From Minisyncoccota bacterium (GTDB lineage Bacteria > Patescibacteriota > Minisyncoccia > Phycocordibacterales > XYD1-FULL-46-19): a stretch of 58,409 nt of DNA. The position numbers and the translations under genes were made by a program. The notes below the pieces were generated by a model that saw only the letters and a list, made by a program, of their open reading frames with translations, was not told where the DNA came from and ran no database searches. The stretch spans positions 33,831 to 92,239 of the forward strand of contig JBBDJY010000006.1 of assembly GCA_040879645.1 (NCBI GenBank), read 5' to 3'. Positions 46,241 through 53,461 of this stretch are shown one piece after another (the stretch's first letter is position 1; every line of letters begins with the position of its first letter).

Positions 46241-46566
46241 ATTTTAATTCCCACGAGACTACGTCTCGTGGGAAAGAAGTCTCGGGAGAAAGTGGATAGT
46301 TCCATTTTGGAACACACCAGACTGTTCAACATCTGGGGTCGAACATTTTCTGCCCCAGACTTCCTAATCATCCCAAAGCGTGCACGGTCGTGTACGGATA
46401 GGGAATACGCCAGTCGGCTTGTCCTGAGTCCGCCGCGGCGAACCGAAGGGGTGGCGTATTCATTTTTTAACCCCACCCGCCGTGTTTTTGGTTAATTTGG
46501 GTTGATTTTTGGGGGTTTTGAATTTCCCCGAGGCTAAGCCTCGGGGAATCCTCAAATCGGGAAAAT

Positions 46567-46695
46567 CAAACGGTTGTTCGGAGGTTTAGGGATTAGATCT
46601 CCCAGTTTCCGTGATTGCGGCCGGTCGGAAACGGTACCTGTCACTCTGCTTAGGCGAGTCTGTCGATCGATATGACAGCTCGCCTTTTTTATTTT
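46567..46695 (+). ncRNA. conserved RNA-like element with intrinsic terminator, copy 2 (unclassified)
   Basis: See copy 1. The terminator is GGCGAG-CTGTC/GACAG-CTCGCC plus TTTTTTATTTT (46653-46695). Confidence 0.5.
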
Positions 46696-46707
46696 CCATA
46701 ATTAGCA

Positions 46708-46722
46708 CGAGGTTTAACCTCG
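46708..46722 (+). repeat. hairpin CGAGGTTTAACCTCG (left edge of the AT-rich island)
   Basis: A near-identical CGAGGTTGAACCTCG occurs at 55284-55298. A related GAGGTTGAACCTC lies within 51250-51285. Confidence 0.6.
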
Positions 46723-46830
46723 TGACAATAACAATTTTTGAGAGATAAGGGGGTATCTTGAATTCATCGGTGATGGTATCTACAAATTGAGGTAATTGAC
46801 TTTCGTTCTGATTCGATCAACGATCAGAGC

Positions 46831-47034
46831 ATGACAGCTGAAACAAAAACATCTCCAAAACATGCATGCCAACTCTGTGGCAGTGAATTAAAATTAGTAG
46901 AAACAATTATAAATGATGAGTTTTACTGGAACGAGGTCGATCAAATGTATCAACGAGATAAGTCTACTGATATGTTTGAGCATATTGGTAAACAGCGCTG
47001 TTCAGAGTGTAAAGAAGATTGGACGGGGTTATAA
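46831..47034 (+). CDS. small zinc-ribbon protein
   Basis: Two CxxC pairs (CQLCGS .. CSECK) in 67 aa, with a bidirectional terminator following. Confidence 0.5.
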   Translation: MTAETKTSPKHACQLCGSELKLVETIINDEFYWNEVDQMYQRDKSTDMFEHIGKQRCSECKEDWTGL

Positions 47035-47039
47035 AATTA

Positions 47040-47078
47040 AAAACCACCCCCGTTAAACGCCAGAGGGGTGGTGGTTTT
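47040..47078. terminator. bidirectional terminator between convergent genes
   Basis: AAAAACCACCCCC..GGGGTGGTGGTTTTT, with an A-run and a T-run on either side. Confidence 0.75.
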
Positions 47079-47097
47079 TAATAATCACTACCTTAGG

Positions 47098-47391
47098 TTA
47101 TGCACACTCGGGTAGTTTAAGCAGGTTGTCTGCTTTGGTTTCGTCTGCCACAGTCTTCACGTATTTTGTGCCACGTGGGGTTATACCCCCGATCAATTTC
47201 GCCTTGTTTCCATAAGCGTCCTGAACATAGGCTAGTCCTTTGTCATCAACAACATACTTATAAATTTCTAAGCGTGTTGAACGACCTGTTGCCCCTGTAC
47301 TATCATTTTCCCACCCCAAACTACTTATTGCAGATTGAGGATTCTCATGATTTCCGGAATCTTTCTTGATGCAGGTGATGCGTATTGCCAT
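47098..47391 (-). CDS. DUF3892 domain protein
   Basis: The pattern ..KYVKTVADETKADNLLKLPEC at the C-terminus is characteristic of DUF3892. Confidence 0.65.
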   Translation of the reverse strand: MAIRITCIKKDSGNHENPQSAISSLGWENDSTGATGRSTRLEIYKYVVDDKGLAYVQDAYGNKAKLIGGITPRGTKYVKTVADETKADNLLKLPECA

Positions 47392-47580
47392 TTAGATTTC
47401 CACAGTTATCGATTGATAATTCAGAATCGGTTTGGTATACCTTAAGTGCATTAAGCTTTAAGCGTTTTGATAGTCAACCCTGATCTGACGTAACCAGTAT
47501 CAAACTCAATATTAAACTTCTTCTGAAAAAGCTGCCGCAAGGCGGCTTTTCTACTATATCTTACTTCAATATTTATATTT

Positions 47581-47650
47581 CTGTCAACATTGTCAATAGT
47601 TAATTAGCTGTGGAAAACTAGTTGATAAATATTGACAGTTTAGCTATAAT
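47581..47650 (+). promoter_or_regulatory. promoter with TGTCAA/TTGACA repeats for the leaderless lexA-like gene
   Basis: TTGATA (47622-27), a 17-nt spacer, then TATAAT (47645-50), with the ATG 6 nt later. CTGTCAA (47581-87) and TTGACAG (47634-40) are inverted repeats, and ATTGTCAAT (47590-98) is a palindrome. Confidence 0.6.
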
Positions 47651-47656
47651 CAATAC

Positions 47657-48304
47657 ATGCATCCAATACAAGAAAAATTACTAAAAGTTATTGAAGTAAA
47701 GAATATCGGAGGATTCACCTTGAGGGAGATTGGTTATTTGGTTGGAGAAAAACTACCTCAAAAAGTTAAGCATCATTTATCACAGCTCGAACGAAAAGGT
47801 TTTGTGGTGATAAATAAAAAGAATCAAACAATTTCGAGGGTTACGAGGACTAACAATACTTCCAGTAGAGATATTTTTGTTTCCCTGCCTATTGTAGGTT
47901 CTGCTAATTGTGGACCGCAAACAATTTACGCTGATCAAAATATTGAGGGGTATTTAAAAGTATCTAAAAAAATAGTTCCTAAAGTTAGTAATGTTTTCGT
48001 GCTTCGTGCTGAGGGGAATTCACTAAATAGAGCAAACATAAAAGGCAAAAATATTGAAGATGGTGATTTCGTAATTGTTGACAGTGAGAGTACTTCACCT
48101 AAAAATAATGATTACGTCGTTTCGATAATTGGTGGATTGGCAAATATAAAAAAATATATCTTCGATAAAGAAAATTCACAAATTGTCTTGCTCTCTGAAT
48201 CTTCTCAACATTTTGATCCAATATTCATTCACGAGGATGATGACTTTAGAGTAAATGGCGAGGTGATTGATGTTATAAAGAAGCCTAAATTTAATAGTAA
48301 TTAG
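47657..48304 (+). CDS. LexA-like repressor / S24 peptidase family protein
   Basis: N-terminal winged-helix-like region (FTLREIGYLVGEKLPQKVKHHLSQLERKGFV). The C-terminal S24-like region includes LPIVGSANCGPQ, Ser in EGNSL and Lys in LANIKKY. Confidence 0.6.
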   Translation: MHPIQEKLLKVIEVKNIGGFTLREIGYLVGEKLPQKVKHHLSQLERKGFVVINKKNQTISRVTRTNNTSSRDIFVSLPIVGSANCGPQTIYADQNIEGYLKVSKKIVPKVSNVFVLRAEGNSLNRANIKGKNIEDGDFVIVDSESTSPKNNDYVVSIIGGLANIKKYIFDKENSQIVLLSESSQHFDPIFIHEDDDFRVNGEVIDVIKKPKFNSN

Positions 48305-48329
48305 TTGATTAATTGATATAATTAAATTC

Positions 48330-49076
48330 ATGAAGACTGCTGAACACATAAAAATAAAAATTGAAAAAAAGCAAACATCTCCAGATTGGAATAATTGGAA
48401 AAATACTATCCAACAAATAGATTGTTTAACTGGACTTAAACATATTCCTGATGGTTCTATAGATCTGATTGTCACAGATCCGCCCTATGGAATAAGTAAA
48501 CAATTAAACTGCAAAGGAAAGAGGCTCGGATCAACAGCTAAACTTGATTTTGATTTTGGTGAGTGGGACACTTTCAGTAAAGAGTGGTTTCATGTTGCTG
48601 TAAAAAAGACTCGTGGATGGATGATGACTTTTTGTGCTAAAAAAGATGTTGGTTTTTTTATCGATACACTAGAGAATGAAGGTTTTATAGCTGTGGATGT
48701 TTTAGTTTGGCAGAAACCTGATCCTGTCCCTCTTAATGCAAAATCACGTTTTTTAAACGCCTGGGAAGCAGTTGTTATTGGTAAGCGTCCTGGCTCAACT
48801 TGGAATAGTACCTATGAACATAATATAATTAAATGCCAAGCCCCGAAGGGTAAGAATCGTTTTCACCCAACACAAAAACCGGTTGAATTGATTAAAAAAC
48901 TTATATCGTTAGCCACAAAGGAAGGAGACATTGTTCTTGATCCATTTATGGGTAGTGGAACTACAGCAGTTGCTTGTATTGAATCAAAGAGAAATTATAT
49001 CGGCTTTGAATTATCAAAGGAGTACCATAAAATGGCTGTAAATAGAATTAAGGAGTTGCCCACTCAGCTATTTTAA
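48330..49076 (+). CDS. DNA methyltransferase, beta-class N6A/N4C (M1)
   Basis: Motif IV (IVTDPPYG) near the N-terminus and motif I (FMGSGTT) near the C-terminus. Confidence 0.85.
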   Translation: MKTAEHIKIKIEKKQTSPDWNNWKNTIQQIDCLTGLKHIPDGSIDLIVTDPPYGISKQLNCKGKRLGSTAKLDFDFGEWDTFSKEWFHVAVKKTRGWMMTFCAKKDVGFFIDTLENEGFIAVDVLVWQKPDPVPLNAKSRFLNAWEAVVIGKRPGSTWNSTYEHNIIKCQAPKGKNRFHPTQKPVELIKKLISLATKEGDIVLDPFMGSGTTAVACIESKRNYIGFELSKEYHKMAVNRIKELPTQLF

Positions 49077-50060
49077 TTTTTGGTCTGATGAGTATATAAG
49101 TTTCGCCTTGATATCTCGCATATCCTTAACGGAGAGTGAAGCTTGTTTTCTTCGTATTTCTTTACCCTGGTCCTTATATCTTGCTTCTTTTGCTTTTAAT
49201 TTCTTTTTTAATAACTGAACAATCTTTTTTGTATCCGCTTCGTATATTTTTTTAACGGCAAAATCATTTTTATCAACTGTGGCGAGGATTATACTTTTAT
49301 CAGACATATATTTCTTTAAAACATCTTTGGAGATATCTTGAAAACTCCAACTTGATCCTTTTGCTACTTTATATTCGTACATATTACCGAAAGCGTCAGT
49401 AGCATCGTGTTTCGATTGTTCAGATTGAACTTTGTGTCCAAGACGTAGAGCAACTAATACTTCCCAAAACTTGTTACTCGTTAAAATATTACTGGTTTCT
49501 ACTTGTTTTTCAATCTTCAAAATAATATCAACAATTTTTTTGATCCATTCATAATAAATTCCCGAACATAATCCCGTAGTTGTCTTTTTTGTGAGAGCTA
49601 GTGTTGTTTCGATCTGCCTAGGCCCCACATTAATCATTTTTCTATTATTGGTAATTCGTGTTGTTGCCTCGGCCAGATACCTCGACATTATTATTCCAGG
49701 AACTTTATAGTACCAATCAAATACTGGAAATGGCACATTCTCATCTTGTATATGCGCAAAAATAACACCTTTAGCTTTTATTAATTTTTCGATTGTGGTG
49801 TGGGAAAAATCATTAAATGTCCAGGTGTGGTTAGAACTGCTCTCTTTATAGTGTTTGTATTCGAATTCATTACCATCATCATCTTTTGCATCTCTTGATC
49901 CTGAGTGACCAGGAATAAGCTTATGATTCAACGTATCAGCAATAAGTATCTCAAATATCTTACTATTTGTTATAATATCCGTAACACCGAAGGCCACATA
50001 GAAATCAGCCTGAATTTTCTTCAGTTGCTCTATAAGGTTTTCTATGTCATTAGTGTCCAT
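49068..50060 (-). CDS. putative type II restriction endonuclease with two tandem PD-(D/E)xK-like domains
   Basis: The two ~165-aa halves align with each other, and each carries D..(E)YK (RDAKDDDGNEFEYK and HDATDAFGNMYEYK). The gene is sandwiched between two methyltransferase genes. Confidence 0.5.
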   Translation of the reverse strand: MDTNDIENLIEQLKKIQADFYVAFGVTDIITNSKIFEILIADTLNHKLIPGHSGSRDAKDDDGNEFEYKHYKESSSNHTWTFNDFSHTTIEKLIKAKGVIFAHIQDENVPFPVFDWYYKVPGIIMSRYLAEATTRITNNRKMINVGPRQIETTLALTKKTTTGLCSGIYYEWIKKIVDIILKIEKQVETSNILTSNKFWEVLVALRLGHKVQSEQSKHDATDAFGNMYEYKVAKGSSWSFQDISKDVLKKYMSDKSIILATVDKNDFAVKKIYEADTKKIVQLLKKKLKAKEARYKDQGKEIRRKQASLSVKDMRDIKAKLIYSSDQKLK

Positions 50061-50062
50061 AT

Positions 50063-50887
50063 ATGAAGACTATATCAATAAAAACTAAAATAAGCACTAC
50101 TCACGAAAACGCATTAGTTTTTGGTGATGCAATAGAGATTTTAAAATCTTTACCTGATAATTCAGTGGACCATTGTTTTACGGACCCCCCATATAACATA
50201 TCTGGGTATGATAATAAGAAAAAAATAGGCTGGCTTCAGTCAAACAAGACGTGGGTTAAGGAAAAGAAATTTACAAAAATAGATGCAAAGTGGGATAAAT
50301 TTTCTGATGACGATTACGTTGCCTTTACCAAGGCGTGGATATCAGAAATCATGAGAGTCTCAAAACCAAATGGTAATATTATTATCTTCGGTTCGTATCA
50401 TAATATTTATAAAATAGGTTCCATACTACAAGACTTTGACCGAAAGTTAGTAAACTCAATTACTTGGTACAAGAGAAACGCATTCCCAAACGTAACACAA
50501 AGAATGTTTTGTGAAAGTACCGAGCATATTATATGGGCTGTAAATGAAACACAGAAGAAAGCAAAGAACTGGAAATTTAATTACAAGGAAATGAAAGCAT
50601 TGAATGGTGGTGTTCAGATGCGAAATATGTGGGACATTGTTTCAACTCCAACCTTAGAAAGAATTCATGGTAGACATCCATCCCAAAAACCAATAGAAGT
50701 CTTGAACCGACTTGTTGTTGGGTGTAGTAATAAAGGAGATGTAATTATAGATCCATTTATGGGTAGTGGAACTTTGCCTGTAGCCGCTGAAATTAATGGT
50801 CGAAAATATATAGGGATTGATAGTGAAAGAGATTTTTGTGAACTAGCTCTAAAGAGAGTAAAAGCTGAAGGAAATAAATTATTATAG
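50063..50887 (+). CDS. DNA methyltransferase, beta-class N6A/N4C (M2)
   Basis: Motif IV (CFTDPPYN) and motif I (FMGSGTL). Its ATG lies 2 bp from the divergent start codon of the nuclease gene. Confidence 0.85.
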   Translation: MKTISIKTKISTTHENALVFGDAIEILKSLPDNSVDHCFTDPPYNISGYDNKKKIGWLQSNKTWVKEKKFTKIDAKWDKFSDDDYVAFTKAWISEIMRVSKPNGNIIIFGSYHNIYKIGSILQDFDRKLVNSITWYKRNAFPNVTQRMFCESTEHIIWAVNETQKKAKNWKFNYKEMKALNGGVQMRNMWDIVSTPTLERIHGRHPSQKPIEVLNRLVVGCSNKGDVIIDPFMGSGTLPVAAEINGRKYIGIDSERDFCELALKRVKAEGNKLL

Positions 50888-50924
50888 TCAGGGGACGTTT
50901 CACCCCCCCCTCGGGCAGTGATTG
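50886..50924 (+). repeat. hairpin module, copy i (degenerate, no -10)
   Basis: agtcaggggacgtttcacccccccctcgggcagtgattg belongs to the same family as 51042, 51250 and 53403. Confidence 0.55.
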
Positions 50925-51041
50925 AAACTTAAAGTACATCTCACAAATACAAGTTGTTAGAAAATATTCTGACGGTTAAGAAATCTAAATAGCCAGAGGA
51001 TGCAAAAATAATCATATATTTATGGTAAAAAAAGTTAAATA

Positions 51042-51089
51042 AAGCCAGAGGAGGTTTCACCTCCTCTCAGGCGGTGATTGTGGTATAAT
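51042..51089 (+). repeat. hairpin plus extended -10 module, copy ii
   Basis: aagccaGAGGAGGtttcaCCTCCTCtcaggcggtgattgTGgTATAAT. Confidence 0.65.
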
Positions 51090-51249
51090 ATCTGAAAGTA
51101 GAAAAACAACCCCATGATCTTCGCCTTCGCGCGGTGGGAGGCGGGCAAGCATGGCACCAAAACCAGGGAAGAATTTGTGGGGATCTGTGTCGAATCGTTT
51201 GATTATAGCCCCATTTCAATACGCCACCCGTCTGGCGTATTCAAAATAA

Positions 51250-51285
51250 AAGCCAGAGGAGGTTGAACCTCTGTAAACAGTCGCC
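51250..51285 (+). repeat. hairpin module, copy iii (truncated)
   Basis: aagccagaGGAGGTTgAACCTCtgtaaacagtcgcc. Confidence 0.5.
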
Positions 51286-51394
51286 GTAAGGGGCTGTTTG
51301 GGTTATTACCCTTGTGTATTATTTATACTTATGATAATGTTATTAACATATTAGATTAATAAAAAGGTTGTATTTATGACCCCCGACTGGTATT

Positions 51395-51697
51395 ATGGAA
51401 ATAGTCTGGAAAGACAACAAAATTAAGAAACAAGTAGAAAAACTCCTTCGTTCCAACCCAGTGTGCCGGAAAAGAATCAGTCAATTGCTGAGCGCCCCTT
51501 GTTATCTGGATATCCCGGCGAATGCCAAACCACATTTTTTGAAGGGGGATTTGAATAATTTGTTTGCCATCGATTTTGATTATCCCGCGCGTCTCATCTG
51601 TGAACCAGTAGGAATGTATAAAGTCGAAGAAGGGCAATTTGTTAAAGAAACAATCACGACGATAGAAATTTCAAAAATTGAAAAGGATTATCATTAA
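51395..51697 (+). CDS. higB: HigB-type (COG3549 killer protein) toxin
   Basis: About 100 aa, with ..HFLKGDLNNLFAIDF.. and a C-terminal ..KDYH, comparable to the HPLKGDR..W.I and EDYH signatures of HigB. It lies directly upstream of a HigA-type HTH gene. Confidence 0.6.
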   Translation: MEIVWKDNKIKKQVEKLLRSNPVCRKRISQLLSAPCYLDIPANAKPHFLKGDLNNLFAIDFDYPARLICEPVGMYKVEEGQFVKETITTIEISKIEKDYH

Positions 51698-51716
51698 CAA
51701 TGATTTTTATAAAAAT

Positions 51717-52898
51717 ATGATCAACAAAAATACAAAGGAATATATTGAAAGTAAAAAATCAGCTGGTCTCTATGGACTTTCTGTTAACCCAGCTCTTCAT
51801 CCCGGCGAAACATTAAAGGATGAGATTGAATTTGTTGGTCTGACTCAAGCTGATGTTGCGGCTCGCGCGGGGTGCACGATTCAAACTATTAATAGAATCG
51901 TCAACGGCAGAGAATCAATAAGCCCCGATATGGCTTTGAAGTTGGAGCGAGTTTTTGAGGGTCGGCCAAACGCGCAATTTTGGCTCAATATGCAGTCGGC
52001 TTATGATAATGAGGCGGCGCGGGTGAGAGAGGAGCAAAGAGCCGAAGAGGAAATCGGTTTCTTTCAGTCATATATGGCAGAGACATTCAAGGAGCTCCAA
52101 GGCTTTGGTCTTTTTGGCAGGATAACTCTCGAAACGAAAGATGATCTAAAAAAAGCAGTGTTAGAGGTCAAAGATTTCTTTGAAGTAGCGACGCTTGAAA
52201 GTATTCATGAAAAAAACATTCTAGGGGTGGCTTTTCGTAAGTATGATAGGAAAAATCTAAATGAGTATAACCTGGCCGCGCTTATAAAATCTGGCGAAAA
52301 AAAAGCCAGAAAAGTTTTGAAAGATCAATCGCTTAAAATGTATGACGAAAAGAAATTTTTGGCGGAACTCCCAAGAATCAAAACTCTAACGGAAAAGAAG
52401 CCAGTAGTTTTCTTAAATGAATTACAAGAAAGATGTCGAGAATTTGGAGTGATAGTTGTTTATGTCCCCCAAATAACTCATACCTACTTTGGTGGGGCTA
52501 CTACGTGGGTTAGCGGTCATCCGGTTATAATCTTGAAAGCGGAAAAGCAATGGGAAGATATTTTTTGGTTTAACTTCTTTCATGAAGCTGGTCACATTCT
52601 CAAACATAGTAAGAAGAAATTTTTTATTGATTTTGAGAATGGAAAGAAAACCGATTTAGAAATAGAAGCCGATGAGTTTGCTCAAAAAATACTTATTCCC
52701 GATTTTGAAACAATGACGGAAGGATTAAAGCCAGAAATAAACATAGAATTATGGCTTAAGACATCAGCCCGATTAGCGAAAGTGTCTGAAGGCATAATTG
52801 CTGGTCGAGTTTGTAATGAAGTAAAGAATAAAAACGCTTGGAAAATTCTGGGCAAATATCGCCCAACGATTAAAGAAAAAGTGACATTATTGGATTAA
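51717..52898 (+). CDS. HigA-type HTH antitoxin fused to an ImmA/IrrE (DUF955) metallopeptidase domain
   Basis: The N-terminus (HPGETLKDEIEFVGLTQADVAARAGCTIQTINRIVNGRESISPDMALKLERVF..WLNMQSAYD) fits the HigA/VapI pattern. The C-terminal part carries HEAGH (HExxH), as in ImmA/IrrE. The start is at ATG 51717. Confidence 0.65.
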   Translation: MINKNTKEYIESKKSAGLYGLSVNPALHPGETLKDEIEFVGLTQADVAARAGCTIQTINRIVNGRESISPDMALKLERVFEGRPNAQFWLNMQSAYDNEAARVREEQRAEEEIGFFQSYMAETFKELQGFGLFGRITLETKDDLKKAVLEVKDFFEVATLESIHEKNILGVAFRKYDRKNLNEYNLAALIKSGEKKARKVLKDQSLKMYDEKKFLAELPRIKTLTEKKPVVFLNELQERCREFGVIVVYVPQITHTYFGGATTWVSGHPVIILKAEKQWEDIFWFNFFHEAGHILKHSKKKFFIDFENGKKTDLEIEADEFAQKILIPDFETMTEGLKPEINIELWLKTSARLAKVSEGIIAGRVCNEVKNKNAWKILGKYRPTIKEKVTLLD

Positions 52899-53081
52899 AA
52901 AATAGTATGGCAAAAGTAACAAAAACACAGAAAAATTTTTGGGAATCAGATAAAAATATGATCATCTTTCACTGTCAAAAAAGAAGGACGGTTCTGAAAG
53001 TATAGTTAGGTTTATTATACCAAAAGGTAAAACAAAAAAGTCTAAGGGTATTTATAAAGCATTGAAGTAAGTATTAAAACC

Positions 53082-53378
53082 ATGAGCCAAAAAAGAACAA
53101 AACAAGGTCAGACAAAGCATGATAAGAAAGTAGAACAGCGCCTTGATAGTTACAAGAAACAAGGAGCTACTTTTATTCGAGCCGATCTTCCGGGAAGAGC
53201 CAATCCGCCAAAAATGGGAGGTAAAACCCCTGATTTGTATGTGCGCTTGAAAGGAAAACTAGTCGTTGAAGAGGTAGAGACAAAAAAGACAGTCGATAGT
53301 GATAAAAAGCAACAAGAAATCTTAAGAAGAGAAACAAAGAAAAAGGGAGGGATTTTTAAGGTATCCGTTACGAAATAA
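53082..53378 (+). CDS. mini PD-(D/E)xK nuclease-like basic protein (98 aa)
   Basis: E..PD..ExK arrangement (KVEQRL .. TPDLYV .. VVEEVETK) with lysine-rich tails. Confidence 0.4.
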   Translation: MSQKRTKQGQTKHDKKVEQRLDSYKKQGATFIRADLPGRANPPKMGGKTPDLYVRLKGKLVVEEVETKKTVDSDKKQQEILRRETKKKGGIFKVSVTK

Positions 53379-53402
53379 AAAAAGGGAAGTCCGACTTCCC
53401 TT

Positions 53403-53450
53403 AAGTCAGGGGAGGCTTCGCCTCCCCTCGGGCGTTGATTGTGGTATAAT
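53403..53450 (+). repeat. hairpin plus extended -10 module, copy iv
   Basis: aagtcaGGGGAGGcttcgCCTCCCCtcgggcgttgattgTGgTATAAT. ATG 53462 is 11 nt after the -10 hexamer. Confidence 0.65.
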
Positions 53451-53461
53451 ATTTTAAAATT

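Noticed and set aside
38053-46365. Possible relatedness of GC-rich patches (TTCTGCCCGAACTTCC at ~38056 and TTCTGCCCCAGACTTCC at ~46348).
   Set aside because: Only about 16 nt match, with an indel, and no similarity extends on either side. This is compatible with chance between GC-rich sequences.
46403-46468. Hammerhead-like core (CTGAGT .. CGAA) inside the long hairpin.
   Set aside because: It does not fit CUGANGA..GAAA at positions 8-9, and no three-stem junction can be drawn.
50886-51300. CRISPR, TIGR-like or type III toxin-antitoxin RNA array suggested by the repeated hairpins.
   Set aside because: The spacing is irregular, at roughly 50, 100 and 210 nt. The copies are degenerate and differ in length. 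No cas, tas or toxN-like gene is adjacent.
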